Shown: in pieces, positions 62,631-64,000 of the stretch
Layout: the number at the start of each line of letters is the position of its first letter
How positions within the stretch are numbered: position 1 is the first letter of the stretch
Source: Salpingoeca rosetta
Taxonomy: Eukaryota; Protista; Choanoflagellata
NCBI GenBank assembly: GCA_033442325.1
Contig: JAWQFM010000014.1
Location: forward strand, 1,630,721 to 1,694,720
Length of the DNA stretch: 64,000 nt
Direction: 5' to 3'
Notes under the pieces: model-generated
What the model was told of the DNA's origin: nothing
The model's database searches: none
Seen by the model: only the letters and a program-made list of their open reading frames with translations
Position numbers and translations under genes: made by a program

Positions 62631-63014
62631 CACACATACACAGGCACACACACACATATATATATATATATATACATGTACACATACACACAAGTGACCC
62701 CCATCCCGTTTGTTTCCAAGCACCTGGTCGAGACCGTGTGCAAGGTCGGGGAACATGGCGCGGAAATCAGACGCGTCCGCACGGCGATCAAGCAGCTGCT
62801 TGTAGAAGGCGAGCTGCAGTCACAGGGGTGTGGCGGTGTGTTTGGTGGCCGTGTGTTGAATGGAGAGGGGTGAGAAGGGGGAAGCAAGGCAAGGCAAGGA
62901 GGTGGCTGGGAAAATGGCGATGCTAGATGAGCAACACCCACCCACCGACACCCACACACCGACACACCGACACACCCACACACCCACCCACACCCACACC
63001 CACACCCACACCCA

Positions 63015-63100
<86 letters not shown>

Positions 63101-63905
63101 AACACACACACGCACGCATGCATGCACTGACCGGGAGGTTGAGGCGGATGTTGACGCTGTTGTAGAGAGCAAGGCCGACGAGAACACCAAAGTAATAGAA
63201 GGAGCGGAGGGGCTCGTGCGTATGTGCTGAGAAATGAAAGCAATGCAACAGCAGCATGGGTAGAACAGTACAGTGTGTGTGTTGGGGGGAAGGAGTCAAA
63301 AGTCATACGACGTGTGAACAGATGGCAGTGACGTGCTGGGGGTGGCAGGGACGAATTGTCACAGACCGGCTGCAATGTTGAGAGCACACGGGCTTTGTGA
63401 GTACACGGACAGTGGCACGAAGTGTGCGTGGTGACAAGACAAACCGTTGATCCAAATGAGGGTGTTGCCTGCGATGGGCTTGAACATGGTCGTCTCAGGA
63501 GACAGCAGTGCAGCAAAGACGCTGCGGAAAAACTCCTTCTGCACTCCTGCGGACAGCGGCGAGGCGGAAGAGGGAGAACGACACGCCGACATGATGTGGG
63601 ACGCGATGAGAAAGTGGAAGAAAAAAAAAAGGGGGGGGGGGTGAGACGTCGTCAATACATCGGAGAATTGTCCATGTGTGCGTGTGCGCATGGTAGAGAT
63701 GTGGTATTGTGGCTGTCGTGGTGGTCAAAGAGCGCGTGAGCTGAGGGGTTCGCACCGCCGCAGCAACAGCACAAGGCATGGCGTTCAATGGGCAACTTTG
63801 CAACAAAGAGTGGAAGAATAAATTTTCGTTTCGCACCTCCAAGGTCAATGCCTTGCTCGCCAGACTGCGCATATCGCACTTTCAGCGGCCGATGGAAATC
63901 CTGAG

Positions 63906-64000
<95 letters not shown>
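60675..64000 (-). CDS. HECT E3 ubiquitin ligase (UBE3A/HERC/HECTD2-class), 5' partial
   Basis: PLKVRY..GEQGIDLGGVQKEFF, FYYFGVLVGLALYN, LAFYKQLL, FPDLAHGLDQLLEYPGDVE, VTNETRQQYV, ELQVMICG, IQHLWRFL, FLLFVSGSARVP, catalytic RLPTAMTCFNRLVLP, ending AQGFGLV*. Confidence 0.93.

Overview
Intron-rich eukaryotic genomic DNA. The introns are full of (GT)n/(CA)n microsatellites and there are five N-gaps. Gene content and intron style suggest a choanoflagellate such as Salpingoeca (inference, no database search run). Most long ORFs in the six-frame track are microsatellite artefacts, so genes were rebuilt by hand, joining GT-AG exons in phase. In order: iRhom-like rhomboid (+, 5' partial); one SH3-SH2-BTB-BACK-TLDc gene (-); proteasome beta-7 (+); ODF3/SHIPPO-repeat protein (-); kinesin-8 KIF18-like (+); Aquarius helicase with a C-terminal HeH/SAP-like domain (-); TcdA/TCD-like ThiF enzyme (-); GRHPR (+); DNAJA (+); NT-C2/FAM102-like (+, exons missing); an LRR-ANK-Roc-COR-TIR-SAM protein (-); a NIM1-like kinase lacking its C-lobe in this assembly (+); a C2 plus unknown-domain protein (-); a partial acidic protein (+); and a HECT E3 ligase (-, 5' partial). 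The most striking element is the kinase-less Roco protein. It has a SARM1-like TIR domain that keeps the catalytic Glu, a terminal SAM domain, and a sensor built from 84-nt symmetric LRR exons showing recent tandem duplication and decay. This makes it a candidate NLR-like innate immune receptor.
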